A stretch of 57,141 nt of DNA from Gemmatimonadales bacterium. GTDB lineage: Bacteria; Gemmatimonadota; Gemmatimonadetes; Gemmatimonadales; GWC2-71-9. Below are positions 10,228-21,863 of this stretch, one piece after another. The notes beneath the pieces were generated by a model. It ran no database searches. It was not told the origin of the DNA and saw nothing but the letters and a program-made list of their open reading frames with translations. The stretch's first letter is position 1; the number at the start of each line of letters is the position of its first letter. Location: contig JBAIWX010000141.1 in assembly GCA_037916975.1 (NCBI GenBank), forward strand, positions 1 to 57,141, read 5' to 3'. A program made the translations under genes and the position numbers.

Positions 10228-11807
10228 TCGCCTGGCGCCTCGTCCGCCAGGACGGCGGCACGCCGCTCGACCTCCCGGCCGGGCTCCCCGTCGTCCTCGG
10301 CCGCGGCGCCGGCGCCGACCTCGCGATCCAGGACCCGACCATCTCGCGCCGCCACGCGGAGCTGGTCGCGGAGCCGGGCGGGGTGCGCGTGCGCGACCTC
10401 GGGAGCTCGAACGGCGTCTCGGTGAACGGCGCGCGCGTGGCGGCGGGCTTCGTCGGCCCGGGCGACACCGTCGCCTTCGGGAAGATCCAGTGCCGCCTCG
10501 AGGCGGTGCCGCCCCCCGCGGGGGCGATGGTGACCGGGGTCGCCGGCGGGACGATCGTGCGGCAGCTCCGCGTCGAGGCCGACGCCCGCGCCGCCCTCGC
10601 CCCGCTCGAGCGCGCCGCCCCGACGCCGAGCGGCACCGCGCCCGTCCCCGACGAGGCGCGCCGCGCGCGCAAGCTCGCCGCGCTGCTCGACCTCTCGCAG
10701 CGCCTCGCCGGCGAGCTCGACCTCGACCGCCTCCTCGCCACGATCGTCGAGGCGACGTTCGAGGTGATGCCGGTGGACCGCGCCTCCATCCTCCTCGTGC
10801 GCGAGCCCGCCGGCGAGCTCGTCCCGCGCCTCTCGCGGAGCCGCCTGGGCGACGCGCACTCCCAGCAGGTGCCGCGCTCCATCGCCGAGCGGGTGGTGAG
10901 CGAGCGGATCGCGGTGCTCTCCGACAACGCCGCGCAGGACGCCCGCTTCTCGGGCCAGTCCATCCTGATGCAGAGCGTCCGGAGCGCCATGTGCACGCCG
11001 CTCATGGCGGAGGGGGAGCGGGTCCTCGGCATCCTCTACGTGGACAGCGTCACCGCCACCCACAGCTTCGGCGACGAGGACCTGCAGTTCCTGGTGGCGT
11101 TCGCGGGGATCGCGGCGGCGGGGATCCGCACGTCGATGCAGGCGGAGCAGCTCCGGCGCGAGGCGCTGGTGCGGGGGAACTTCGAGCGCTACTTCGCGCC
11201 CGACGTGGCGAGCCAGATCGCGCGGAGCGCGGGCGACGTGCGGGCCGGCGGGGAGCGGCGGCCCATCACCGTGCTCTTCAGCGACATCCGCGGCTTCACC
11301 TCGCTCGCCGAGACGATGGCGCCCGAGGCGATCGCGGAGCTCCTCTCGGAGTACTTCTCGGAGATGGTGGACATCGTCTTCGAGCACGGCGGGACGCTCG
11401 ACAAGTTCATCGGCGACGCCATCATGGCGCTCTGGGGGGCGCCCCTCGCCCAGGAGGACGGCGCCGACCGTGCCATGCGCGCCGCCACCGCCATGCAGTG
11501 GGCGCTCCGCGGGCTCAACCAGCGCTGGGCGGATGCCGGGCGTCCCGTGCTCGAGGTCGGGATCGGCGTGAGCCACGGCGAGGTCTTCGCGGGGAACATC
11601 GGGAGCGACCGCCGCCTCGAGTACACCGTCATCGGCGACACGGTCAACATCGCGGCGCGGCTCTGCTCGGAGGCGGGGCCGGGCGAGATCCTCGCGAGCG
11701 GCCCGCTCCGGGCCGCCACGCGCGAGCCGTGGCCGTTCGAGGCGCTCGAGCCGATGGCGCTCAAGGGGAAGGCGAAGAGCGTGGAGGTCTTCCGCGTCCG
11801 CCCCTGA
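10224..11807 (+). CDS. FHA-GAF-class III adenylate cyclase
   Basis: FHA (LGR...ISRRHA...DLGSSNG), GAF (RSAMCTPL..LGILYVD), cyclase (FSDIRGFT, DKFIGDA, YTVIGDTVNIAARL); GTG overlaps trpE stop. Confidence 0.92.
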   Translation: MIAWRLVRQDGGTPLDLPAGLPVVLGRGAGADLAIQDPTISRRHAELVAEPGGVRVRDLGSSNGVSVNGARVAAGFVGPGDTVAFGKIQCRLEAVPPPAGAMVTGVAGGTIVRQLRVEADARAALAPLERAAPTPSGTAPVPDEARRARKLAALLDLSQRLAGELDLDRLLATIVEATFEVMPVDRASILLVREPAGELVPRLSRSRLGDAHSQQVPRSIAERVVSERIAVLSDNAAQDARFSGQSILMQSVRSAMCTPLMAEGERVLGILYVDSVTATHSFGDEDLQFLVAFAGIAAAGIRTSMQAEQLRREALVRGNFERYFAPDVASQIARSAGDVRAGGERRPITVLFSDIRGFTSLAETMAPEAIAELLSEYFSEMVDIVFEHGGTLDKFIGDAIMALWGAPLAQEDGADRAMRAATAMQWALRGLNQRWADAGRPVLEVGIGVSHGEVFAGNIGSDRRLEYTVIGDTVNIAARLCSEAGPGEILASGPLRAATREPWPFEALEPMALKGKAKSVEVFRVRP

Positions 11808-11810
11808 GCG

Positions 11811-12389
11811 TCACTGCCCGAAGCGGTAGGCGACCCCCTCCTGCGCCAGCAGGTCGAGCACGAGCCGCACCGGCAGCCCCATCACGCCGAAGAAGTCCCC
11901 CTCGATCCGTTCCACCAGCGCCGCCCCGTACCCCTGGATCCCGTAGGCCCCCGCCTTGTCCATCGGCTCCCCGGTGGCCACGTAGGCGCGGAGCGTCGCC
12001 TCGTCGGCGGCGCGGAAGGTCACCCGCGTCTCGTCCACCGCCTCCCGCACCCGGCCGCCCGGCCGGGCGAGCGCCACGCCGGTGTACACCACGTGCGTCC
12101 GCCCCGCGAGCGCGCGGAGCATCCGCACGGCGTCCTCCGCGTCGGCGGGCTTCTCGAGGACCTCCGCCCCGAGCGCCACGGTCGTGTCGGCGCCCAGGAC
12201 GAGCTCGCCCGGGACGGCGAGGGCCTTCGCCCGCGCGAGGCGCGCCACGTAGGCGTGCGGGGGCTCGCCCGGGAGCCGCACCTCCGGCACGTGGCTCGGC
12301 TGGACGCTGACCCGGAGGCCCAGCATCTCGAGCAGCTGCCGCCGCCGCGGCGAGGAGGAGGCGAGGACGAGCGGGGGGACCGGGGTCAT
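11811..12389 (-). CDS. maf: Maf-family nucleotide pyrophosphatase
   Basis: [42 protein letters not shown]. Confidence 0.95.
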   Translation of the reverse strand: MTPVPPLVLASSSPRRRQLLEMLGLRVSVQPSHVPEVRLPGEPPHAYVARLARAKALAVPGELVLGADTTVALGAEVLEKPADAEDAVRMLRALAGRTHVVYTGVALARPGGRVREAVDETRVTFRAADEATLRAYVATGEPMDKAGAYGIQGYGAALVERIEGDFFGVMGLPVRLVLDLLAQEGVAYRFGQ

Positions 12390-12829
12390 GCGTGGCGCTC
12401 CAGGATGAGGGTCACGGGGCCGTCGTTCCGGATCTCGACCTGCATGTCGGCGCCGAACTCGCCGGTCGCCACCACGAGCCCGCGGGCGCGGAGCGCGGCG
12501 ACGAACGCCTCGTAGAGCGGGATCGCCACCTCGGGGCGTGCCGCGTCCACGAACGAGGGCCGGCGCCCCTTCTGCGCGTCGCCGTAGAGCGTGAACTGCG
12601 AGACGACGAGCAGCTGCCCGCCCGCCTCCCCGAGCCCCACGTTCATCTTCCCCTCGTCGTCGGCGAAGAGGCGGAGCCCCGCCACCTTCTCCGCCATCCA
12701 GGCCACCTCGGCGGGGGTGTCGGCGTGCGTGAAGCCGACGAGGAGGCAGAAGCCGCGACCGATCCGGCCGGCCTCGCGCCCGCCGATCGTCACCGCCGCG
12801 GCGGTCACCCGCTGGAGCACCACGCGCAT
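12386..12829 (-). CDS. dtd: D-aminoacyl-tRNA deacylase
   Basis: [27 protein letters not shown]. Confidence 0.97.
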   Translation of the reverse strand: MRVVLQRVTAAAVTIGGREAGRIGRGFCLLVGFTHADTPAEVAWMAEKVAGLRLFADDEGKMNVGLGEAGGQLLVVSQFTLYGDAQKGRRPSFVDAARPEVAIPLYEAFVAALRARGLVVATGEFGADMQVEIRNDGPVTLILERHA

Positions 12830-12903
12830 CGCGTCCCCTGGGAGTCGGGAGGGCGGGAAGATAAGGGCGCGCCGCCCGCCCGATGGAGCGGGCCCCCGGA
12901 CGC

Positions 12904-12939
12904 GCGACGCCCCCCGGGCCGGGACCCGGGGGGCGTCGC
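12904..12939 (-). terminator. Stem-loop downstream of glmS
   Basis: 15-bp perfect stem GCGACGCCCCCCGGG/CCCGGGGGGCGTCGC, 6-nt loop; no U-tract. Confidence 0.6.
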
Positions 12940-12961
12940 CGTCGCGGGGGCCGCCCGCCGC

Positions 12962-14788
<1,827 letters not shown>

Positions 14789-14794
14789 TCGCCG

Positions 14795-16159
14795 TCACCC
14801 CTCCTGAGTGAGCCCCTGCGCCGCCGCCACCAGCGCCTGCGCGTCGGCCTCCGTGGGGGCCTCCGCGATGTAGCGGACGATCGGTTCCGTCCCCGAGGGC
14901 CGCACGTGCAGCCACCGGTCGGCCCACGCGAGCCGCAGCCCGTCCCGCTCGTCGGCCGTGGCGTCCGCGAAGCGGGCCCGGAGCCGGTCGTAGAGCGGCC
15001 GCAGCGCCGGGCCCCGGGGGCCCTTGGCCTTCACGATGCGGTAGCGCGGGGCGGAAGCCACGAGTCCCGAGACCGTGGACCCGGACCGCGCAAGATGTTG
15101 CAAGATAAGGGCCACCCCGAGCGGCGCATCCCGCCCGATATGCAGCGCCGGGAGCATCACCCCCCCGTTCCCCTCCCCGCCCACCGTCGCCCGCTCCTCG
15201 AGCATCGCCCGCGCCACGTTCGCCTCGCCCACCGGCGCCCGGACGAACCGCGCCCCGAAGGCCCGCGCCGCGTCCTCGACGACGAGGCTGGTGGACAGGT
15301 TGACCACGACGACCGGCGCGGCCACCGCCCCGGCGCCCAGCACGGCGCGGACGGCGAACGCGAGGGTGTAGTCCTCGCCGATCGGCTGGCCCAGCTCGTC
15401 CACGAGCGCGAGGCGGTCCACGTCGGGGTCCACCGCCATCCCGATGTCCGCCCCGCTCTCGCGCACCAGGCGGCCGAGGTCGGCGAGGTGCTCGGGCAGC
15501 GGCTCGGGGGGCCGCGGGAAGCGGCCGTCGGTCTCGAGGTTGATGCCGCGCACCGTGCACCCCAGCCGCTCGAGGAGCGGCGGGATCGCGCGGCCACCCG
15601 CGCCGCGGACGCAGTCGAGCGCCACGGTGAAGCGCCGTGCGCGGATCGCCGCGACGTCGAGCATCGGGAGGGCGAGCACCCGGTCGAGGTGCCGGTCGAG
15701 CGCGCCGGCGTCCTCGCGCACCTGGCCCAGGCCCTCCCAGCCGAGGCGCGGCGGGCCCGCCTCCGCCAGCGCGCGCACCGTGGCCCCCGCGTCGGCGTCG
15801 AGGAAGATCCCGTCCGGCCCCACGAACTTGAGCGCGTTCCACTCGATCGGGTTGTGGCTCGCCGTGAGGATGAGCCCGGCCCCCGCGTGGTGCTCCTCCA
15901 CGGCGAGCTGCACCGTCGGCGTCGGCACGATGCCCAGGTCCACCACGTCGCACCCGACCGACATGAGGCCCGCCGTCGCCGCGTGGGCGAACATCGGGCC
16001 GCTCGTGCGGGCGTCGCGGCCGAGCACCACGAGCGGGCGTCCCTGCGCGCGGGCCCAGGCGCCGAGCGCCGCCGCGTGGCGCGCCACGAGCTCGGGCGTG
16101 AGGTCGGTGCCGACATGGCCGCGCATGCCGGAGACGCTGATCATCAGGGTGCCGGACAT
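14795..16159 (-). CDS. glmM: Phosphoglucosamine mutase (phosphohexomutase family)
   Basis: TASHNP, DPDVDR metal loop, GGEGNGG, VRPSGTEP; directly upstream of glmS. Confidence 0.85.
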   Translation of the reverse strand: MSGTLMISVSGMRGHVGTDLTPELVARHAAALGAWARAQGRPLVVLGRDARTSGPMFAHAATAGLMSVGCDVVDLGIVPTPTVQLAVEEHHAGAGLILTASHNPIEWNALKFVGPDGIFLDADAGATVRALAEAGPPRLGWEGLGQVREDAGALDRHLDRVLALPMLDVAAIRARRFTVALDCVRGAGGRAIPPLLERLGCTVRGINLETDGRFPRPPEPLPEHLADLGRLVRESGADIGMAVDPDVDRLALVDELGQPIGEDYTLAFAVRAVLGAGAVAAPVVVVNLSTSLVVEDAARAFGARFVRAPVGEANVARAMLEERATVGGEGNGGVMLPALHIGRDAPLGVALILQHLARSGSTVSGLVASAPRYRIVKAKGPRGPALRPLYDRLRARFADATADERDGLRLAWADRWLHVRPSGTEPIVRYIAEAPTEADAQALVAAAQGLTQEG

Positions 16160-16187
16160 CGTCGCCTCGGTGGGAGGGGCCGGTGGG

Positions 16188-17228
16188 TCAGCCGGGAAGG
16201 GGCAGCGCGTCGGGGTCGGGGAAGGCGCGGCCGAACGCCTCGACCACCGACGGGTCGAACTGGGTGCCGGCGCACCGCCGGAGCTCCTCGAGCGCCTCGG
16301 CCGGGGTGCGGGAGGGGCGGTAGGCGCGGTTCGTGGTCATCGCGTCGAAGGCGTCGCAGCACGCCACGATGCGCGCCTCGAACGGGATCGCGACGCCCGC
16401 GGCGCCATCGGGGAACCCGCGCCCGTCGAGCCGCTCGTGGTGCGAGCGCACGATGGCCAGCACGACGGCGCTCTCGTGCAGGAACGGGGCCAGGATCCGC
16501 TCCCCGAGCACCGTGTGCTCCTTGATGTGCTCGAACTCCTCGGCGTCGAGCGGGCCGGGCTTGTTGAGCACCGCCTCGCGCGTCCCGATCTTGCCGATGT
16601 CGTGCAGGACGCCGCCCAGGCGCACCTGCTCGAGCCGGTCCCCGGCGTAGCCGAGCTGCACCGCCGTCTTGACCGCGTACTGGCTCACGCGGGCGGAGTG
16701 CCCGCTCGTGTACGCATCCTTGGCCTCGAGCGCGTGCACGAGCATCTGCACGCCGGCGAGGAGCGCCTGCCGGTTGCGCCGGTCCAGCTCCCGCACCCGT
16801 TCCTCGAGGTGCTGCTGGTAGAAGCGGTTCTGGAGGACGAGGTCGCGCTTCTCGAGCGCCTTCTGGACGCGCGCGCGCACCTCCTCGACCAGCACCGGCT
16901 TCGAGATGTAGTCGAGGGCGCCGAGCTGCAGGGAGGCCACCGCAGTGCTCACCTCCGCCACCCCGGTGAGCATGATGAAGGCGAGGTCCGGGTTGAGCCG
17001 GAGCCCTTCCTTCAGGAAGCCGAGCCCGTCGAGCTCGGGCATGTACAGGTCGGAGACGACGAGCGCCAGCTCCGGGAGCTCCCGCACCCGCGCCAGCCCC
17101 TCCACCCCGTTCGCCGCCTCGGCGCAGGCGAGCCCCTGCGACTCGAGCACGCGCACGAGCGCCCGCCGCACCTGCGGATCGTCGTCCACCACGAGACAGC
17201 GGGCACTGCCGGCGGCCGGGAAGGTCAC
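16188..17228 (-). CDS. Response regulator with HD-GYP phosphodiesterase domain (RpfG-like)
   Basis: REC (LVVDDD, SDLYMP, KP) plus YTSGHS.RV, LHDIGKIG, HHERLDGRGFP, DAFDAMTTNRAYR; GTG start 7 nt after a -10 box. Confidence 0.92.
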   Translation of the reverse strand: MTFPAAGSARCLVVDDDPQVRRALVRVLESQGLACAEAANGVEGLARVRELPELALVVSDLYMPELDGLGFLKEGLRLNPDLAFIMLTGVAEVSTAVASLQLGALDYISKPVLVEEVRARVQKALEKRDLVLQNRFYQQHLEERVRELDRRNRQALLAGVQMLVHALEAKDAYTSGHSARVSQYAVKTAVQLGYAGDRLEQVRLGGVLHDIGKIGTREAVLNKPGPLDAEEFEHIKEHTVLGERILAPFLHESAVVLAIVRSHHERLDGRGFPDGAAGVAIPFEARIVACCDAFDAMTTNRAYRPSRTPAEALEELRRCAGTQFDPSVVEAFGRAFPDPDALPLPG

Positions 17229-17235
17229 GGGGCGC

Positions 17236-17264
17236 AAGCTACGGGGGCATGCCACCGTTCACAA
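17236..17264 (-). promoter_or_regulatory. Sigma70-like promoter, leaderless transcript of HD-GYP gene
   Basis: Minus strand TTGTGA-N17-TAGCTT-N7-GTG. Confidence 0.6.
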
Positions 17265-17294
17265 CCGCCACGTGCCGGCCCCGCCGCCGCCGCC

Positions 17295-17324
17295 TTGCCG
17301 CCCGCCGAGCCCCGCCGTTACGCT
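17295..17324 (+). promoter_or_regulatory. Putative sigma70 promoter of cystathionine lyase/synthase gene
   Basis: TTGCCG-N18-TACGCT. Confidence 0.45.
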
Positions 17325-17349
17325 TCCGGCCCCTCGACCAGCCCCGGGC

Positions 17350-18513
17350 ATGACCACGCTTCGCGACGCCGACCTCGCCCACCGCTTCGCCACCCGCTGC
17401 GTCCACGCGGGCCAGGCGCCCGACCCGATGAGCGGTGCGGTGATGACCCCGATCTACCAGACCTCCACCTACGCGCAGGAGGGGATCGGGAAGCACAAGG
17501 GCTACGAGTACGCCCGCACCCAGAATCCCACCCGCGAGGCGCTCGAGCGGAACGTCGCGAGCCTCGAGGGTGGCCGGCACGGCTTCGCCTTCGGCTCGGG
17601 CCTCGCGGCGCTCGACGCCGTGCTCAAGCTCCTCAAGGCGGGCGACCACGTGGTCTGCGGCGCCAACGTCTACGGCGGCTCGCACCGGCTCATGGAGCGG
17701 GTCTACACCCAGTTCGGGCTCACCTTCACCTTCGCCGACATGCGCGACCTGGCGAACGTGGAGCGCGCCCTGACCCCGGCCACGAAGCTCCTCTACGCCG
17801 AGTCGCCCACGAACCCGATGATGCACCTCGCCGACCTCGCCGCCCTCGGCGACCTGGCGCAGGCGCACGGCTACCTGTTCGTGGTGGACAACACCTTCGC
17901 CACGCCCGTCTTCCAGCGCCCGCTGGAGCACGGCGCCGACGTGGTGCTCCACTCGACGACCAAGTACCTCAACGGCCACAGCGACATGGTGGGCGGGATG
18001 CTGGTCACCGCGCGCGAGGACCTCGCGGAGCGGCTCGGCTTCATCCAGAACGCGGCGGGCGCGGTGCCCGGGCCCATGGACTGCTGGCTCGCGCTCCGCG
18101 GCACGAAGACCCTCGCCCTCCGCATGCACAAGCACGACGCGAACGGCCGCGCGGTCGCCGGCTGGCTCGCCGCGCGCCGGGACGTGCAGGCGGTGTACTA
18201 CCCGGGACTCCCCTCGCACCCGCAGTACGACCTCGCCTCGCGCCAGATGTCCGGCTTCGGCGGGATGGTGAGCTTCGACGTGGGCGACCCGGCGCGCGCG
18301 CACCGGGTGGTCGAGCGGGTGAAGCTCTTCACGCTCGCCGAATCGCTCGGCGGGGTCGAGAGCCTGATCGGCCACCCGGCGAGCATGACGCACGCCTCCG
18401 TGCCGCCGGCGCTCCGCCAGGCGATGGGGCTCACCGACAGCCTCCTCCGGCTCAGCTGCGGGGTCGAGGACGCCGACGACCTCCTCGAGGACCTCGACCA
18501 GGCGCTCGCCTGA
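17350..18513 (+). CDS. Cystathionine gamma-synthase/gamma-lyase (Cys/Met metabolism PLP enzyme)
   Basis: PIYQTSTY, YEYARTQNPTR, ESPTNP, VDNTFATP, HSTTKYLNGHSD, LAESLGGVESL. Confidence 0.92.
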   Translation: MTTLRDADLAHRFATRCVHAGQAPDPMSGAVMTPIYQTSTYAQEGIGKHKGYEYARTQNPTREALERNVASLEGGRHGFAFGSGLAALDAVLKLLKAGDHVVCGANVYGGSHRLMERVYTQFGLTFTFADMRDLANVERALTPATKLLYAESPTNPMMHLADLAALGDLAQAHGYLFVVDNTFATPVFQRPLEHGADVVLHSTTKYLNGHSDMVGGMLVTAREDLAERLGFIQNAAGAVPGPMDCWLALRGTKTLALRMHKHDANGRAVAGWLAARRDVQAVYYPGLPSHPQYDLASRQMSGFGGMVSFDVGDPARAHRVVERVKLFTLAESLGGVESLIGHPASMTHASVPPALRQAMGLTDSLLRLSCGVEDADDLLEDLDQALA

Positions 18514-18586
18514 CGCGGTGGGCACAGGCTCCCCGGCTGGCCGGGGAGCCGCCGCCTCCCCGGACCCGCCCGGCTTCGTCCCACCC

Positions 18587-18614
18587 TGAAACACCCCGCC
18601 CCGCTATCTTCGTA
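18587..18614 (+). promoter_or_regulatory. Putative ECF-sigma promoter upstream of M48 peptidase
   Basis: TGAAAC-N18-CGTA (overlaps a TATCTT that could instead be a sigma70 -10). Confidence 0.45.
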
Positions 18615-18643
18615 GGAGAGCGCATCCCCGACCGGAGCATCCG

Positions 18644-19660
18644 ATGAGCGCGTCCATCCCGGCGCCCCGCCCGCGCCGCACCCTGCCCGACATCGCCGCC
18701 GTCTCCTGGGAGCATCCCGCCGACCGCGCCGCCCTGCAGGCCCTCCGGGCCGTCCCCGGCGTGGACGAAGTGATCCGGAAGGTGCTCGCGATGCTGGGCG
18801 GCGAGCGCGGCGTCCGGCTCCTCTTCCTGGGCAACGCGATCCGCGTCGGGCCGCAGCAGTTCCCGCGGCTCTGGACGCTCCACACCGAGGTCTGCACCAC
18901 CTTCGACTGGCCGGCGGTGCCGGAGCTCTACGTGTCGCAGACCCCGTTCGTGAACGCCGGCGCCTACGGCATCGACGCGCCGTTCATCGTCGTGCACTCC
19001 TCGGCGCTCGAGCTCCTCGGCGACGACGAGCTCCGCGTGCTCCTCGCGCACGAGCTGGGGCACGTCATCAGCGGCCACGCCCTCTACCGCACCATCGCCG
19101 CGATCCTCGCCCTCGTGAGCCTCGGCGCGCTGCCGGCGCTCGCCGGCCTCGCGCTCCTCCCGGTGCGGCTCGCCTTCCTCGAGTGGTCGCGCAAGTCGGA
19201 GCTCTCCGCCGACCGCGCGGGGCTCCTCGGGAGCCAGGACATCGTGGCCTCGCAGAAGCTCTTCATGTACTTCGCCGGCGGCGGGCGGGGCGAGCAGTTC
19301 GCGGGCCAGCTCAACGTGGACGCCTTCATGGCGCAGGCGAACGAGTACGCGACGGTGAACGAGGGCCTCGACGTCGTCTACAAGCTCCTCGCCACGCTCG
19401 CGCTCACGCACCCGATGCACACGATCCGCGCCGGCGAGCTGCAGGCGTGGCTCGCGGCGGGCGAGTACGACCGCATCCTGCGCGGCGAGTACGTGCGCCG
19501 GGGCGCGGAGGCGAAGGAGCGCCCGATCCGCGACGACCTCGCCGAGGCGGGCCGCTACTACGCCGGCGAGGCGCGCAACGTGGCCCAGCAGGTGGCCGAG
19601 GCGGCGAAGCGCGCCGCGCAGCGCGCGGGCGAGGCGTTCCGCGCGCAGCAGAAGACATGA
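18644..19660 (+). CDS. M48 family zinc metallopeptidase
   Basis: VNAGAYG, LAHELGH, WSRKSELSADRAG, THP. Confidence 0.9.
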   Translation: MSASIPAPRPRRTLPDIAAVSWEHPADRAALQALRAVPGVDEVIRKVLAMLGGERGVRLLFLGNAIRVGPQQFPRLWTLHTEVCTTFDWPAVPELYVSQTPFVNAGAYGIDAPFIVVHSSALELLGDDELRVLLAHELGHVISGHALYRTIAAILALVSLGALPALAGLALLPVRLAFLEWSRKSELSADRAGLLGSQDIVASQKLFMYFAGGGRGEQFAGQLNVDAFMAQANEYATVNEGLDVVYKLLATLALTHPMHTIRAGELQAWLAAGEYDRILRGEYVRRGAEAKERPIRDDLAEAGRYYAGEARNVAQQVAEAAKRAAQRAGEAFRAQQKT

Positions 19661-20931
19661 GGATCCTCGTCGTCGGGAGCGGCGGCCGCGAGCACGCCAT
19701 CCTCTGGCAGCTGCACCGGGAGGACCCGCGCGCGACGCTCTACTGCGCGCCGGGGAACCCCGGCACCGCCCAGCTCGCCACCAACCTCGCCATCGCGGCC
19801 GACGACATCGACCGGATCGCCGACGCGGCGGACGCCTACGGCATCGACCTCGTGGTGGTGGGGCCGGAGCAGCCGCTGGCGCTCGGCCTCGCCGACCGGC
19901 TCCGGATGGAGGGGCGTCGCGTGGTCGGGCCCGGCGCGGCCGCCGCGCAGATCGAGGCGTCCAAGGCGTTCGCGAAGGAGGTCATGCGGGCCGCCGGCAT
20001 CCCCACCGCGGCGAGCCGCACCTTCACCGAGCTCGACGCGGCGCTCGCGTACGTGCGCGCGCATCCCGAGCCGCTCGTGGTGAAGGCCTCCGGCCTCGCC
20101 GCCGGGAAGGGCGCGGTCGTCTGCGCCACGCGCGCCGAGGCGGCGGAGACGCTCACGGCGATGCTCGGCCGGGACGCCTTCGGCGAGGCGGGCCGCGTCG
20201 TCGTCGTCGAGTCGTTCCTCGAGGGCGAGGAGGTCTCGCTGCTCGCCCTCACCGACGGCACGTCGGTCGAGCTCCTCCCCGCCTCGCAGGACCACAAGCG
20301 CCTCGGCGAGGGCGACCGCGGCCCCAACACCGGCGGGATGGGCGCCTACGGCCCCGTCTCGCTCGCCACGCCGGCGCTCCTCGCGCGCGCGACCGGGGAG
20401 GTGCTCCTCCCCTGCCTGCGGGAGCTGCAGGCGCGCGGGACGCCGTTCCGCGGCGTGCTCTATGCCGGGCTCATGGTGTCGCGCGACGGCACGCCGTGGG
20501 TGGTGGAGTTCAACTGCCGGATGGGCGACCCCGAGACGCAGGTCGTGCTGCCGCTCGTCGCGGGCGGGTTCACCGAGTGCCTGGCGCGGATCGCGAACGG
20601 GGAGGCGCCGTCGCCGCTCCGCCTCGCGACGGGCCAGAGCGCCGTGACGACGGTGCTGGCTGCCCGCGGCTATCCCGACGCCGTGGAGAAGGGCGCCGCG
20701 ATCACGATCCCCGACGACCTCCCCGAGGGGGTCACCGTCTTCCACGCCGGCACCCGCCGGGACGCCGACGGGACGCTCCGGGTGAACGGCGGCCGGGTGC
20801 TCAACGTGACCGCGGTGGCATCGAGCTTCGCCGAGGCGCAGGCGCGGAGCCGCGACGCCGCGGAGCGGATCCGGTTCGAGGGCAAGCAGTACCGCCGGGA
20901 CATCGGCTGGCGCGAGGCGGCGCGGCGGTAG
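19657..20931 (+). CDS. purD: Phosphoribosylamine--glycine ligase
   Basis: ILVVGSGGREHA, APGNPG, GLAAGKG, QDHKR..GD.GPNTGGMGAY, EFNCRMGDPE, YRRDIG. Confidence 0.97.
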   Translation: MRILVVGSGGREHAILWQLHREDPRATLYCAPGNPGTAQLATNLAIAADDIDRIADAADAYGIDLVVVGPEQPLALGLADRLRMEGRRVVGPGAAAAQIEASKAFAKEVMRAAGIPTAASRTFTELDAALAYVRAHPEPLVVKASGLAAGKGAVVCATRAEAAETLTAMLGRDAFGEAGRVVVVESFLEGEEVSLLALTDGTSVELLPASQDHKRLGEGDRGPNTGGMGAYGPVSLATPALLARATGEVLLPCLRELQARGTPFRGVLYAGLMVSRDGTPWVVEFNCRMGDPETQVVLPLVAGGFTECLARIANGEAPSPLRLATGQSAVTTVLAARGYPDAVEKGAAITIPDDLPEGVTVFHAGTRRDADGTLRVNGGRVLNVTAVASSFAEAQARSRDAAERIRFEGKQYRRDIGWREAARR

Positions 20932-21063
20932 CGCGCCCGGCCTCCTCCGGGAGGCCCCGGACGGCGCGGTGGGCACTCCTCCGGAGGTGACGCCGGTCCC
21001 GGACGATGCCAAGTTGGGGGCGCCGCGCAGGCCGGCGGCGATCCCCCACCCCGGAACCGTGCC

Positions 21064-21780
21064 ATGCCCCAGCCCGTCCACTACGTCCCGATCGTCAGCA
21101 CGGTCGTCTCGACGCTCTTCGCCGTCCGTCTCTGGCGCCACTGGCGGCGGAAGCCGCAGGCGACCTACCTCCTCTGGTGGTTCATCGGCCTCGCCACGTA
21201 CGCGGCCGGCACGCTCACCGAGAGCCTCACGACCCTCTTCGGCTGGTCGGAGCCGGTCTTCCGCGCCTGGTACATCACCGGCGCGCTCCTGGGCGGCGCC
21301 CCGCTCGCGCAGGGCACGGTGTACCTGCTCCTCCCGAAGCGCACCGCCGACCGGCTCACGGCGGCGCTCCTCGCGGTGATCGCCTTCGGCAGCGTGGCGG
21401 TGCTCCTCTCGCCGATCGATCACGCGCAGGTGGACCCGACGCGCCTCACCGGCCGCGTGCTCGCCTGGCACTGGGTCCGGTTCGTCTCGCCGTGGGTGAA
21501 CCTGTACGCGGTCCTCTTCCTCGTGGGCGGCGCGCTCTGGTCGGCGTGGCGGTACCTCCGCGACCGCGGGGACGCCACGCGCATGTGGGGGAACCTCGCC
21601 ATCGCGCTGGGGACGATCCTCCCCGGCATCGGCGGCTCGTTCACCCGCTTCGGGCACGTCGAGGTGCTCTACGTGACCGAGCTCATCGGCGTGCTGTTCG
21701 TCTGGCTGGGCTACACGATCATGTCGCGGGACGGAAGCCGGAGCGTCCACGCCGCGCAGCGGGCGGCGGCCGCGGCCTGA
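21064..21780 (+). CDS. Uncharacterised multi-pass (about 7 TM) membrane protein
   Basis: Seven hydrophobic segments, good codon bias, no cytoplasmic output domain. Confidence 0.8.
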   Translation: MPQPVHYVPIVSTVVSTLFAVRLWRHWRRKPQATYLLWWFIGLATYAAGTLTESLTTLFGWSEPVFRAWYITGALLGGAPLAQGTVYLLLPKRTADRLTAALLAVIAFGSVAVLLSPIDHAQVDPTRLTGRVLAWHWVRFVSPWVNLYAVLFLVGGALWSAWRYLRDRGDATRMWGNLAIALGTILPGIGGSFTRFGHVEVLYVTELIGVLFVWLGYTIMSRDGSRSVHAAQRAAAAA

Positions 21781-21851
21781 CGCCCGGCACCGCCGGCGGG
21801 GCGGTCCGCGGCGACCTCCCCGCCCGCTTCCCCGCGCCCCCGCCGCGCGCC

Positions 21852-21863
21852 TAGAATCCGGGC
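21852..21863 (+). promoter_or_regulatory. -10 box, leaderless mutM transcript
   Basis: TAGAAT followed 6 nt later by ATG; no SD. Confidence 0.65.

Noticed and set aside
14789-14794. glmS ribozyme
   Set aside because: Only 6 nt between glmM and glmS
20938-20998. Two similar short palindromes (CTCCTCCGGGAGG, CTCCTCCGGAGG) after purD
   Set aside because: Only two short GC-rich copies; consistent with terminator-like hairpins or chance, not a CRISPR or REP array
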